Shown here piece by piece: positions 44,624 through 56,332 of a DNA stretch of 64,000 bases. Made by a program: the position numbers and the translations under genes. The DNA is taken from contig CM082579.2 in the NCBI GenBank assembly GCA_040954595.2, positions 7,739,625-7,803,624 on the forward strand. The letters run 5' to 3'. This stretch comes from Balanoglossus misakiensis (taxonomy: Eukaryota > Animalia > Hemichordata). The number at the start of each line of letters is the position of its first letter. The first letter of the stretch is position 1. The notes beneath the pieces are model-generated. The model was given only the letters and a program-made list of their open reading frames with translations. It was not told the DNA's origin and searched no databases.

Positions 44624-47205
44624 CACAAGTTGCCACTATCGGAAGACGCACAGACTTTCATGAACTACGCATTTTAATTTTATAGATTAATACCGCCATG
44701 ACACAGACACAGCGGATGTTCTGAAATACAGTGTCCTTTTGACAGATTGCCAGTGCACGTCTGTTTCACGACACATGCTTTTATTTGTACCAGCCACAAC
44801 CTGGTGTATTTTGACAGCCCGCGACACAGTCGTTAGTGCCATGTGTTGCCGCCTGTCGGAGTGGCCATCAATCTCACGAGTTTTACATGGCTGGGACTTG
44901 GAAATTCAACATGTAGCTAGGCGTTGTACAATGCTAAAATGACTCAGACCCATGCCAGTTGCATGCTGTGCAGTACTGATTATATACATGAATGCACTTG
45001 CCCGCACCTTTCATTTATCGCTGGTCCAATTGGAATCACGCTTGCTAACGATCCCAAATTTCTCCTGTCAACCTGATGGATACTATGCAGATGCAAACAA
45101 AACTCAAAGCGTACTACACCGGCTCATTTATTTTGAGGATTTTGCTCATCCATTTTCTGCGTTGCGTCATCAATGGTAAAATGCCCAGGTCTGGTTTCCA
45201 GTTGCTACGCTACGCGAAGGCATCCATTTTCTCGGAAGTGACCAATTATCTCTCCCAGTCTTACCATACGCGTACCCCCACCGGAACTGAATGAATATCA
45301 AGCATAAAAATAGATATTGCGCATAAAATCATGGTTGTTGGGTACCGACTATTTACCATCTGTTGCGCTTGGAAGGTCCTTGTTGGCGCAGGCGCGTTAC
45401 CCTGATTTCCATAAATTAGCTTATGACCGACCAAAAATACCAGCTCAATAATCTGTAACTAGTTGCTATATTTTCAGTGTATACTGCAGTTTAATATTCA
45501 AATTATTGAACGCAATTAAATACGTAGTATTAAACTCCAAAATAATTGATTTTGTAGGATGGAATATCATTGCACTCAAAGAAATCGACAGAATACGACG
45601 GTGGACTGTAAGTATACATACGCGCATGTACATTATTCTCTTCCCAAGTGCTACATTGAGGCAGTGCAAAATAACGGTGGAATGGAATATGGAATGATAA
45701 ACCATTAATAGTTGTTAATTGACAATTTTCCTGGGAGATTTCGCATGGCTAGGTACTTCATACAGGAGGATAATCACACATGGCTCATTTTATGATTGTA
45801 TTACAATGTACATATACTTGGCTACCAACCCGTTGCCGACTATGGTTATTCATCAAGTCTCGCGAGATCACGTGGCAATGAGCAGAAACAATTCATTTAT
45901 TTGCAGAGTAAAAGTAGAGTACACGGTCAACGTCTCGCTGGAAGAACTTCTGGAACTGTCTTTTAATTTTGAATGGTTGAAGACCTTTGATGACAGATTG
46001 GAGACACTGGATATTGTGGAAGTTATTGACGAGTCTGAGGTGAAGTAGTTGCTTCCTGTGTTTTTTATTCTTTTTGCCGAAATCCGTAATAAACTAGCCA
46101 ATGCGTCTATTTTCTGCTTCATTACACATGTGGCGAAAATTCTCGAGCGGTTACGAACGATTCTTGACTGGTAACCTTAAAACATGCATACCCTGAAAGC
46201 AAGTTACATGTACACATGTCTGTGATATTAGATTATATCATAGATTCAACTGTAGCTCAACAACATTTCCTCTTTGCCATCTGTCAAATCACCACAGCGC
46301 CTCCTAATTATTCATTCGGTGTCCAGCAAACTGCTTCTTGGCTTGGTGTCTTCGCGGGAGTTCGTGAATCTGGTTGGAACAAAGCCACACCCGGAAAAGG
46401 ATGGTGACGTCATCATCCATCGTAAGTACCGGTGTACATGTACATGTATATCAGCTGTATCTGTAAGAGATAATGATTCTTTAGCCTTTTAGTAAAACAC
46501 GACGGAGAATACTCAGTTGTCTTCTTAGATTTCAAAAAGACCCCCCAGTACACACACACGCTATTATATAGCCAAGTGTTGGAAGGTTTGGAGGACTACG
46601 TTGTTTCTGAAGATCTGTCCACGAGGTGAATACTATACCTTAACAGATCCATCATTTCGACTGTCCATCATTGTGCGATCGCGACCTCCAGGGAATTGAT
46701 GTATACTTTCCGCATTTACACCATTTCGCCTCAAGTATAGATATTCGCTTCAAATTTTCTTCTCGGGATCTTTTTTCGATTTTTTTTCCTTTTCTGTCAG
46801 ATCACAGCATTGAGCACCCGAAATTCCCCGAGGCCAAAGGTCGAGTGAGGGCCAAGACATACGCATCTGGACGATTTATGTACCGTGTTGAAGGGTAAGA
46901 CTTTGCGTTCGAAATACGGGGGAATTATATATAAAATTAGGCTAGCCCGCTCGTCAAGCCAGTCGCATTGTTATATATGTCACCGATTTCAACTGACTGT
47001 GCCAATGGCTGATTGAACACTGGGCCCTTTTTTTCATCGTTACAGAGATCCGAACAAAGTGCGATGCGTTGAATTCGGACAGACGGACGCCAAAGTGTCC
47101 ATTCCCAAAGTGATACAGCAACAGATGGCTCCCAAAGCATTGATACCCAGACTGGTCAAATTCATCACAAATGTGGAAGAGGCCTGCGCAAAGGACGGAA
47201 AATGA
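43637..47205 (+). CDS. START-domain lipid-transfer protein, STARD4/5/6-like, copy A
   Basis: Exons 43637-43747, 45558-45607, 45907-46039, 46298-46421, 46801-46894, 47046-47205. Motifs LLAYEKDTEGWK, KSTEYDG, LLGLVSSREFV, SIEHPKFPEAKGRVRA, GDPNK and QTD. Confidence 0.88.
43988..44028. repeat. (AAC)n microsatellite
   Basis: Read directly; intron 1 of START copy A. Confidence 0.95.
44567..44620. repeat. (TC)n microsatellite
   Basis: Read directly. Confidence 0.95.
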
Positions 47206-48794
47206 ACGCATGGCGCTCTGTGGCCAGCACAGGATTTGTCGACGTTGTATATATTTATATTCAGCAAAATCAGTTTGTGGTATTAGGCCTAAGGACGACG
47301 CGCGATTTTTCCGTATAATAAACAGTTTTACGTCACCACAACGAAAATTCGACACCGGCAAAATTCGATAGTTTAACTTCATGGATATTCTCACTAGAGA
47401 TAAACTTCAGTTGAATTTTACCATCTCGTTCTGGACGAACTTTACCGAGCGTTATTTGACAAATGGAAGAATTTGAGTTTGATTGGTGGCGATAAGAGTT
47501 GCAATCCCGACTACCTATTATTGCAGTACAGGCTGCGAAATTATGCTGTATTTATTCTCCTTTAATCTTGGGTAAACGTGCAGTACTAGTATTTTAAAAG
47601 TCCGAACTTCAAGTAATGTAAGAGGTATTCGGTCCTGTTCACTTACTGTCATATACAAATGATTACACGAATGACATGCATGCCTTTCTTCGAGAAAAAC
47701 CTCGCTATCGTCAAGTGTTCGAAATCTGGTACACATTCAAGTTCTATCACAAAAAGTTGTACATGTATATTAATTAAAGAATACTTTTAAACATGTAAAT
47801 TGTTTGTAAAACAAATAGTGGAATCGTTGTGTTCGTTACTCCTAAGTCGTGCAGACAGACAGACAGACAGAGGCAGGCAGACAGAGTGGGAGAGAGAGAG
47901 AGCTGAGTGCACGCGAGGACTCGAAACGAACACGCGCACATGCACGCGTTAAAAACTATTATGTATATCCAGCAAAAGTAGACAACGACCACGTTAAACG
48001 CCATAACCGCTGGAGTTCTGTGGAAAAATGACAGCACAGCAGATTTTATTTGAACTTTATATGAACTTTGTACCAAGATGCACCAAAATGTTAATCTATG
48101 CACACACAAACGGGATTGTTGTTATTATTAGCATAAGGACACGTTGACCTTTGTCAAAGATCGAAGTTCGCATTTAATTGACAATCATTGGCAACACAAT
48201 TATTCACAGGCGAGGTACACTGTCCTAGATCCTATGCAGTCTGAAATTAACGTGGCTGTATGACCCGTAAAGTAGGTGAGTAGGGGCTCTCACAAATTTA
48301 TCGGGGGGGGGGGGCTGACCAGCACACCAAAAGGCGACCCCCCCTTTCCTTCTCTGAATGGTTGCATGGCAACGTATGATTTCGAACCCTCATCGTCGAT
48401 GACTTCAGGGAGTAAAAAGTATCACCAAATCTGGTGACGTCACCTTGACATTGTGACAGTGGGGCGAGAAGACGCTTTAGGAAATTACAGCAAACTTAAA
48501 GGACATGCACGTCGTTTTATGTATTAATCGCCCACCCACAGCAATAGTTGGAGACGCCCTTAATCCGAAACGCAACTTGGTGGCGGTGTCCTTTCAGCGA
48601 CTAAAGTCACCAGGGACTGATACTTGTCTTGCTGTTGAAGAAAACTCTCTTTTTACTTTGAACCCCTCTGTTGCCATCAAAGACGGCCAAGTACAGCACA
48701 TTGTCTCCATCTCCTTTGCAGTGAAGCAGATACACCTGGACTCGATCTTCTAATATCAGAGCGACGATCCAATAGTTAAAGTCAGAAAGAAAAC

Positions 48795-50979
48795 ATGGCC
48801 GACTACAGAATGCTACTCGATGACTGCCTGCAAAAGCTGATTGTCTACGAGAAAGACACGGATTGGAAGCTACACAAAGATGACGTAAGTAAAGACGACG
48901 TTTTCTTGAAATTGCCAAAATCCTCCTTACAAATCGATCTGCCGAGAGCGGAACTCACAATGAAGAAATCATGCATTTGCAGGTTTTCTTAATCAGATGA
49001 AGACGATGTTTCAGAATTGAATCTCATAGACGGGATCACAACTTGCGTGCGAGACTTCAGTTACCACATATTCTCATATTCGAATTCATGATGAACCGAT
49101 CAGAAAAAATACAACTTTAATATCAAGACTGTGAATGACAATACTATTTTATTTTATTTTACAGGGCGTGGTCAAATTGTTCAAGAAACCCTCGCGCGAA
49201 TTTGACGGAATTATGTAAGTATGACCCTCCCCAGGACAAGTTTGTAAAATATCCCACCCTTCGTTCTAACTACTTGCCGTATATGACAAATAACATTTTC
49301 TGCTTCGTTTCAGATATCGGGCAGAGTTCATTTTTAACGTGTCGCCAGAGAAAGGAATACAACTCACATGTGACCACGATTTTGTCATGAAATCAAACAA
49401 ACACGTCTCAGAGCTAGAATTGATCGAACGCTTAGATGATGTAAGTCGTATAGCATTGGTCTGTGGTAAGCTGCAACGGTTACATTTACTTGTGATAATC
49501 TCTGAGTGGTGTGTGGAGTGTTTACTCATTACGTAGGGTGCTTGGACATTGACAGAAATATATAGACAGCCACAACTTGAAAAAGACGTAAATTCAGAGA
49601 CCGGGGGCAGGCGACCCGCTGGAAGGTGAAGTATACCAAATCATCGGTCTAACCCGAACGATCACGGTGTAGTGCCATCGTGTGGACGGCAGCGTTCAAC
49701 CCAGATGGCTATCTGAGAAGCAGGAGACAGAATACACCGTATAACCACGCTCTTTTCTTTCAGGCTACTACTATCGTTCGGACGGCGAGCCCCAGTTTGA
49801 TGATGGGGCTGATTTCACCGAGGGAGTTCATCAATGTTATGGGCATTCATAAGTTCGATGACCTCAACTCGTATCTGGCGTATCGTAAGTGTCACTGAAT
49901 ATATGCCAGAATGGATGAACGATTCCTGCGCGGGTAATGCGTAAACAGCACAATCAGCGAAAAGGGTGTATAGGCCTTGGATTCAGACTGTCACGAGACT
50001 GTTAGCCTAGGTCCTAACGTTAATAGACCGTTTTCCGAAATCACGAGATCCTGCGAGATATCGCGTGGCTAGGCAGTGGACAAACAGCATGCGGCTATCG
50101 TGTTAAACGGCAAAAAGTTCCACTTTTTGTTAAACTCACCTTTTCTAGTTTCATACAGAGCTTGACTTGTATTACTTTTAACCAAGTCTCGCAATGCGCG
50201 GAAAATCGTCTACTAAACTGCATTGCGGGGAAGTGTTGATTGTCTCGTGCTGTGCTGTGCTGTGCTGTTGTATTATTTGTGTTTGTCTTTGAAATTGACA
50301 TGTAAATACGATATTTGACCTATGAACTGTAAAACATGGACAGGTATGATTGCAATTTATAGACTCCTTAGATATTCTTCTTTGTTATATACACACTCAA
50401 CTCATTTTCCCGTTTGAATTGAATTTCCAGACGTTAGCGTGGAACATCCAAAGTGTCCAATCAATCCTGACATTGTGAGGGCCATCGCGCATCCATCAGG
50501 TCGATTCATCCACCCTGTGGAAGGGTAAGTGTTAAACGATAAGCTATTTTCGCTCATCAGAATGCCCACTGAGGGCGCCAATAAAGGAAAATGGCGACGG
50601 GCGTGAGGTTGTCTGGTTCCTGAACCCCCGGCCTGAACCCTCTTGGCCAAGAAGTCAATAGGCAAGTCCGGGCGGTCGATACTCACCATGTATTTTGGTG
50701 ACTTTCTGGTAAGCCAAGATTTAGGCAACGGTACTGCCAACAACGAACAAAGGCAAGCAAGAAAGAAAACAAAAACAAACAAACGAACATCGCACTTGTA
50801 GTCTGCTCACACAGTATTACATTTCAATTTTCAGAGAGCCAAACAAGTGCCGCGTGGTTGGATTTACGCAGAGCGACCTCAAGCTTTTCCCACAGTCACT
50901 CATTGAGCAGTTCGCACCAGGTTCCATCAGGGGCCACATCAAGGGTCAGATGCAGGAAATAAACGCGGGAAGGATATGA
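48795..50979 (+). CDS. START-domain lipid-transfer protein, STARD4/5/6-like, copy B
   Basis: Exons 48795-48884, 49165-49214, 49314-49440, 49764-49884, 50431-50524, 50835-50979. Motifs YEKDTDWKL, KPSREFDGIIYR, MGLISPREFI, SVEHPKCP, VRA, GEPNKCR and QSDLK. Same intron phases as copy A. Confidence 0.9.
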
Positions 50980-51450
50980 CGACCGACTGATGGCCAATCT
51001 AGATCCGAGTCAATGAATACATATTCAATGAAATGTCCACCTGCGCGCATGTTTGACATTTTTAAAATAATATCTCAGGAGCAAAACTTCTGTTAGCCAA
51101 AATGACCATCAGGACACAGAGCCACTGTACATTAAAATGATCGTTTCATATTACTATCAGAGAGATACTGTGAACTTAACTTTAACATTTATGGTCAGAC
51201 TTGTGTTCGTATTAAACCACATAATTTTGTACCAGCACACCGGGCGAATATGGGGCTTTAACGAATATTCATGGTCTGTGTATACAGAGTTCATATCAGA
51301 CAAATATTGAAGATATTATGGGACTCACATCGCTCGGTGTTGCAAATATAGGGCAAATCAACCGCTGACAGTCAACAATCTTACTCAGTTTCTATCATAT
51401 AAATATTTCTACACTTTCCCTGAATATATTACTGTGCCTGCATGTGACCA

Positions 51451-51522
51451 CCAATCACCAATCGGCTCAGTCACATACAAACTGCGTTCCTCTGTGGCGC
51501 GCATATGGACATGCGCAGGCGC
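51451..51522 (+). promoter_or_regulatory. Putative promoter of the acyltransferase gene
   Basis: Two CCAAT boxes (51451, 51458) and an NRF1-like TGCGCAGGCGC (51512-51522), followed by a purine-rich candidate non-coding exon with a GTAAGT donor at 51666 and an acceptor at 52100, just before the ATG. Confidence 0.45.
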
Positions 51523-52119
51523 TGTAGGCGCAGACGCGGCTTAGTACGAGACAGACGGGTCGTAGCAGAGAACTGGGGATCGGGAGGGATCAGGGAGGCA
51601 CGAGCATCGAGGACCGGGCAGATACCATTTACAAAGGAACGTGAAAGTGGTCTTCATGCAATACAGTAAGTGTTTGTGGTAAAATGGAAGGGTGGGAAAA
51701 TGGCATGTAGGCATGTTCGTTGTCGTCATCAACAATCCATGTAACATAGGGAGTGCGTGACCTTAAACATGTCGCCTAGTGCCAGGACAAAGGATGACGA
51801 CTCCAGGACTGTTCTGTAGGCTACTTTCAAGAAGCACTGAAGCGTGGGCAGTCGTTAAGTTATTTGCATGGCTGAGAAGGGCCGGCTGAAGTGAGATGGG
51901 CCGGGGAGTAAAAATGGTGAATTTGGAGTGATAGTAACACGTCCACTCAACATGCCCTTCTACTATAAAAGAGGTGTATGGAAAAGCAGATGGCAAAAAT
52001 ATATGGAGACATTTTTGTACAAATTTGTTTGATGGGGCAGCTTTCCTTTTGGCAACCTTTAGTATGCAAATTAGTTCAATCCCGTCTGTTTTACATTCAG
52101 GGACACGTTGCAGTCAGTC

Positions 52120-53658
52120 ATGATCAACAGTGGCGCCATTTCTGGAATTCTGGCGGTAGTCGTCACTTCCGTCGTCGGCCTTATCATTTTTTGGCTCCGA
52201 TCGGTTGGACAGGCAAAAGAGAAGCCAGCCATGATAACAGTCGATGGGGGACGTGAAATGTCTCTCTTGGAGTTTACATGGATAGATGTCATGGAAAAAC
52301 TCGGAGTCTTCCAAATTTGCAATGTTGCCTTTGTGGAGTCAAGGGAACCCGTCACCGAGAAAGTGGTAGAGAAAGCAGCCTACATGACGAAAGCGCGCCA
52401 TCCGATGCTGCGCATGCGTGTTAGTGACCTTGTTGATTCGCGCGGGAAGACGCGGCATTGCTTTGTACCGATGGAGGAGGACTTGGTTGACGTCAGGGCT
52501 GTGGAAGGCGATGACTGGCAAAACTTGTTTCAAGAAGAACTGACTACAAAATTTGACATAAGAAAGGGGCCACTTTGGCGAATAAGAATAATGAAAAACC
52601 GCGGAGGAGCTAGGGTCGGTGATGGGCCGCACAGAACTATCATGTTTTTCAGTTGTGTTCATTCTATTCTCGATGGCAATACTGTAATGAGGTTGATCGA
52701 TGAAATTCTAACAAATATGTCTCTAGCGGAAGAAGGCAGGGATTTTCTTCCTGAAAGTTACCCGTTACTCGCAGACCCTCTCGATATTCTTGGAATCAAA
52801 GATCTGAAGTGGTGGGAATGGACCCTTTTCCGAGTTCTATTCGCTCTTTTTCCATTCCTACAACGATTCCAGAAGGAGAACCCATTTATAAAGCTCTTCG
52901 GCACCGAGAGGGCGCGAAACAAAGAAGCAGAGAGAGCCACCCGCATCATACCGATTGAGTTTTCGAGAGAAATGACGACGAAGATTCGAGACGTGGCCAG
53001 AAAGAATGGGGCGACGGTGAATGGTGTTTTATGCGTCGCTGCAGCTACGGCTATCGCTGAAATGATGCAAGGAGGGGAGTTGACTGCAACCCAGAAAATC
53101 GAGACAAGCCACGCAGTTAACTTGCAGCGTTTCTACGACCCGCCGATTGATCCCGCCAAATGTTTGGCGCTACTGACAAGCATGATACAACTGATCTGCA
53201 GTGTGCCACAAAACGCCAGACACCCAGACGAGTTCTTCAAAGTTGCGAGTGACTTCACCCGAAAATGCCATGCTAAAGTTAACGATGGATCAGTGCAGTG
53301 GTTTCTGAAGTTCGCGTTATTCGCGCAAAATCGGGGATTTAGTCTCGCTGAGCTGTTGTCACGACAACAAGACAGAACCCGCGAAAATCATGGCCGAAAT
53401 TCTGAGCTGTTTTTTGTCTCCAACGTGGGGAATCTCGACTACTTCACCAAGGCGACGCCGCGTTCTTTCGAACTGACCAGGGTGCACAGTGCAACCGAGG
53501 GTACAAACGTCGGTGATCTGTTTTCTCACAACATATGTACAGTCCACGGCCGTCTGAACTGGACCCTGGTTTATGTCAGTCACGTGACGAGCCGAGAAAC
53601 CGCACAGAGATACGCGGATCTGATCGTGGACATTCTGACACAGATGTGTGACGTGTAG
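52120..53658 (+). CDS. CoA-dependent acyltransferase, condensation-domain/alcohol acetyltransferase (PapA5/Atf1/Tri3-like) fold, N-terminal membrane anchor
   Basis: Single coding exon; first ATG at 52120. Hydrophobic N-terminus (ISGILAVVVTSVVGLIIFWL), then RHPMLR, GPLWR, catalytic HSILDG (HxxxDG; His codon 52660), NGATVN and SNVGNL motifs. Confidence 0.85.
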   Translation: MINSGAISGILAVVVTSVVGLIIFWLRSVGQAKEKPAMITVDGGREMSLLEFTWIDVMEKLGVFQICNVAFVESREPVTEKVVEKAAYMTKARHPMLRMRVSDLVDSRGKTRHCFVPMEEDLVDVRAVEGDDWQNLFQEELTTKFDIRKGPLWRIRIMKNRGGARVGDGPHRTIMFFSCVHSILDGNTVMRLIDEILTNMSLAEEGRDFLPESYPLLADPLDILGIKDLKWWEWTLFRVLFALFPFLQRFQKENPFIKLFGTERARNKEAERATRIIPIEFSREMTTKIRDVARKNGATVNGVLCVAAATAIAEMMQGGELTATQKIETSHAVNLQRFYDPPIDPAKCLALLTSMIQLICSVPQNARHPDEFFKVASDFTRKCHAKVNDGSVQWFLKFALFAQNRGFSLAELLSRQQDRTRENHGRNSELFFVSNVGNLDYFTKATPRSFELTRVHSATEGTNVGDLFSHNICTVHGRLNWTLVYVSHVTSRETAQRYADLIVDILTQMCDV

Positions 53659-54349
53659 ATTCGGCGAAGACACTTTTGCAATAGTTAATGGTATACTCTC
53701 AAACTATTACAAGAATCATCCCAAAGTACTTGACTTTATTATGCAACCTGTTGTAGATAGCTTTTCAAAAAATTGGTATCCCCCCGAAATCTAGGTTGAA
53801 TCGATATGATCCAAGTTTGGCATTTTAAAGTCAATAATAGGTGTATGTTGAGCTATAAAATTCACATTCTACAAAATAAATGCGACAAACTCACTGTCAC
53901 TATCTGAAACACAAAGCTTTTCCAGGTAAATCATTTGTTCCTAAATGGTCGCCTGAACTGATGGACTCACGAACATTCACACAAATATCTTGTCAAATTA
54001 TTTACTCCGTGTTTTAAGACCAATGGCCTTGGGCTTTCATAAAATGGTCATTTCAGACGTAGTTCCAAAGCACCTGAAACACGGAAGTGGATATTAAACC
54101 GAGACATAGGTTTTATACTCTGTGGGTCACGATACTTCGTCGAAACCAAACGTGACTTAGAAAAAATAGGAAGCAGGTGGACGTTATTGTGAAGAGTTGA
54201 GGTAAGTGTGTGGTTACAGCAGTTGCTTCTCCATTCAGCTGTGGGTGAAAGGAGGGGCCACGACATCGCTTGAAAAGAGTCGTTGCAATCGTTGTGAAGA
54301 GTTTGAAAGAAGAGGACGTTGGTTCTTGGCTTGTTGCTATTCGTGAACG

Positions 54350-55363
54350 ATGGGACCTAATGCGTTGTTATTTGTAGAAGCCATTTCACTGGCTGTGGTA
54401 TACGGGAAGATGGGGATGAGTGGTGGCGACTGGCCCGGGCCGTTCTGCGGAGGCACTGAATTCTACTGCCCGCACGACAGCGCGAACAACGACCACTGCA
54501 GGCCACGGAGTTTGCGCTGTCTGCTTGCATCCGAGAGGAGGAACGAGGAGAGCTGCCTGGACCCTGAAACCCGCGAGGAGGAAGGGTGCCTTGGGGATCC
54601 GCGGAGTGGGGAGTACGAAATCTGGGACGGGTGGACCCCTCTAAAAATTCTGACCGCCGCGTCCCGATGGAACCGCCACCCCCTGCATGAGTTTGTGACA
54701 TACCGCGGTTTCACCTACGAGTACGGCAAGAAGGGCGTCGTCATCAGCGACACCAACGATCCGGATTATATCTACAACGGCAACTATCGGAAGGTCACCG
54801 AGTTCACCAAAGTTGGCACCAGCCGATGCCGGACGAGCGATTTGTCGAAATACCACGAGGAGTGGAGAGGCGAGGAGTACGATTTCTGGAGTCACAACTG
54901 TCAATATTTCGCGGAAGGCCTGATACAGTTTCTGCAAAGCGACTGTGAGTATAGCTCAAGCAATAAGCCTTATAAGGACAGAGTCAGAGGAGCGAAGAAT
55001 CCGGGGACACAATCTCGGAACTGCGGCGCGTGCGAAGACGAATTGAACAATTTCCGAAGGGGAAATCGCAGCCTCACTAGTAGCCATGGATCACCTTCAC
55101 TCAGAAGTGAAACCAACGGATCAAAGGTTAATATCAGCAAACTTCCGAACAACTCGGAATCGACAACCATTATATTTGCCAAAGGTTTGAAAACGGAAGA
55201 AAACGGCGAGAATGCGCAAAGCGATGTGACAACGTTCGTAGTGGTTGGTGTAGGGGTGATGTTGCTGCTGGCGGGCATAATGGTCGTTTTTGCTGCTTTC
55301 AAAAGAAAACCGACGGACGAAACAAAAGCCTTGTTGGACAAATCAGTGCACATTGAAGTGTAA
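54350..55363 (+). CDS. Type-I membrane protein: signal peptide, LDLa-like 6-Cys module, PPPDE/DeSI permuted-papain peptidase domain, TM, short tail
   Basis: 337-aa intronless ORF. HEFVTYRGFTYEYG (His113) and WRGEEYDFWSHNCQYF (Cys184) match the PPPDE His and NC motifs. TM segment FVVVGVGVMLLLAGIMVVFAAF is followed by KRK. Confidence 0.8.
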   Translation: MGPNALLFVEAISLAVVYGKMGMSGGDWPGPFCGGTEFYCPHDSANNDHCRPRSLRCLLASERRNEESCLDPETREEEGCLGDPRSGEYEIWDGWTPLKILTAASRWNRHPLHEFVTYRGFTYEYGKKGVVISDTNDPDYIYNGNYRKVTEFTKVGTSRCRTSDLSKYHEEWRGEEYDFWSHNCQYFAEGLIQFLQSDCEYSSSNKPYKDRVRGAKNPGTQSRNCGACEDELNNFRRGNRSLTSSHGSPSLRSETNGSKVNISKLPNNSESTTIIFAKGLKTEENGENAQSDVTTFVVVGVGVMLLLAGIMVVFAAFKRKPTDETKALLDKSVHIEV

Positions 55364-56103
55364 TAACCCAGTATTGCCAAGTTTAAACTGGATAAAGCAA
55401 ACGATTCCAACAAAAACGCCAACGTATATATTGCAAGAATATTTGTAAAGAACATCTTGAAAAAGGAAATGTGTATTCTGCAAGTTATGCTTTATATAAT
55501 ACTGACGCACATTGATTTCGTTATATTATACATTTTTTCAGGTAATATTCTACATTTATATTATTCTAGTCTTTCATACTTGATATTATAAATAATCACT
55601 ACATACAATTTCAGTCATTTCTTTTCCGCGTGAGTTGTAATTTTGCTTAGAAAGAGTTGTTTTTCAGTTTTAGAGCGCCAAACACTGGAGATTTTTCATG
55701 GACGACATAAATAAAGTTTTGATTGGAAAATCGAAATGAAAAAAACAACAACTTTATCGCCAAATGTTTTGTTTACTTCCCACGAGTGTGTTTTTAGAAT
55801 ACTGACTTTCTATTCACTGCACATTGTAATACATGTCGTCTTGTACAAGACAAGGGGGTTAAACCTTCCCTTGTTTGATTATACATGGTGCAGCTCAATT
55901 ATATTCAACAAATAAAGTTGATAGGTGAAGAAAAAAAAGTGGACGTTTTCTTTTCCGTATAAACATTAGCTTACGCCCCCTCTCGCCCGATATGTCGCAT
56001 ATTTTTTGTGAGTCTGTGGTAGGCGTAAAAGAAGAAAGAAACGTGTTATTGACGCTAGCGGCGTGCGCAAATCAAGGAAACCCAATCAAATGCTACAGAC
56101 TTC

Positions 56104-56113
56104 GTCACGTGAC
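56104..56113. promoter_or_regulatory. CLEAR-type extended E-box GTCACGTGAC upstream of the PA-RING ligase gene
   Basis: Perfect palindrome about 220 bp upstream of ATG 56333 in a CpG-rich promoter-like stretch. Confidence 0.5.
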
Positions 56114-56332
56114 CGGGTATTACGCAGGAAGCTGCAGTACAGATAACATTACAGGGAAGGTGGCGACTAGGACTGATGGAGACACACATCGGAAATACCT
56201 AATTCCTCCCCTTTGTAGAGTTAGTAGCGTTGTTTTCGTACAGACGTCTTGAAGGTACAAGACCGAAGTCTGAATCTGACCACATTTGTGTCAATTTCGC
56301 GGTGTCCTTTGTGGGCGTTTGAAACGTTCAAC

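Noticed and set aside
53579-53588. Second GTCACGTGAC motif
   Set aside because: Inside the acyltransferase coding sequence (SHVT codons); a regulatory role for the downstream gene cannot be supported.
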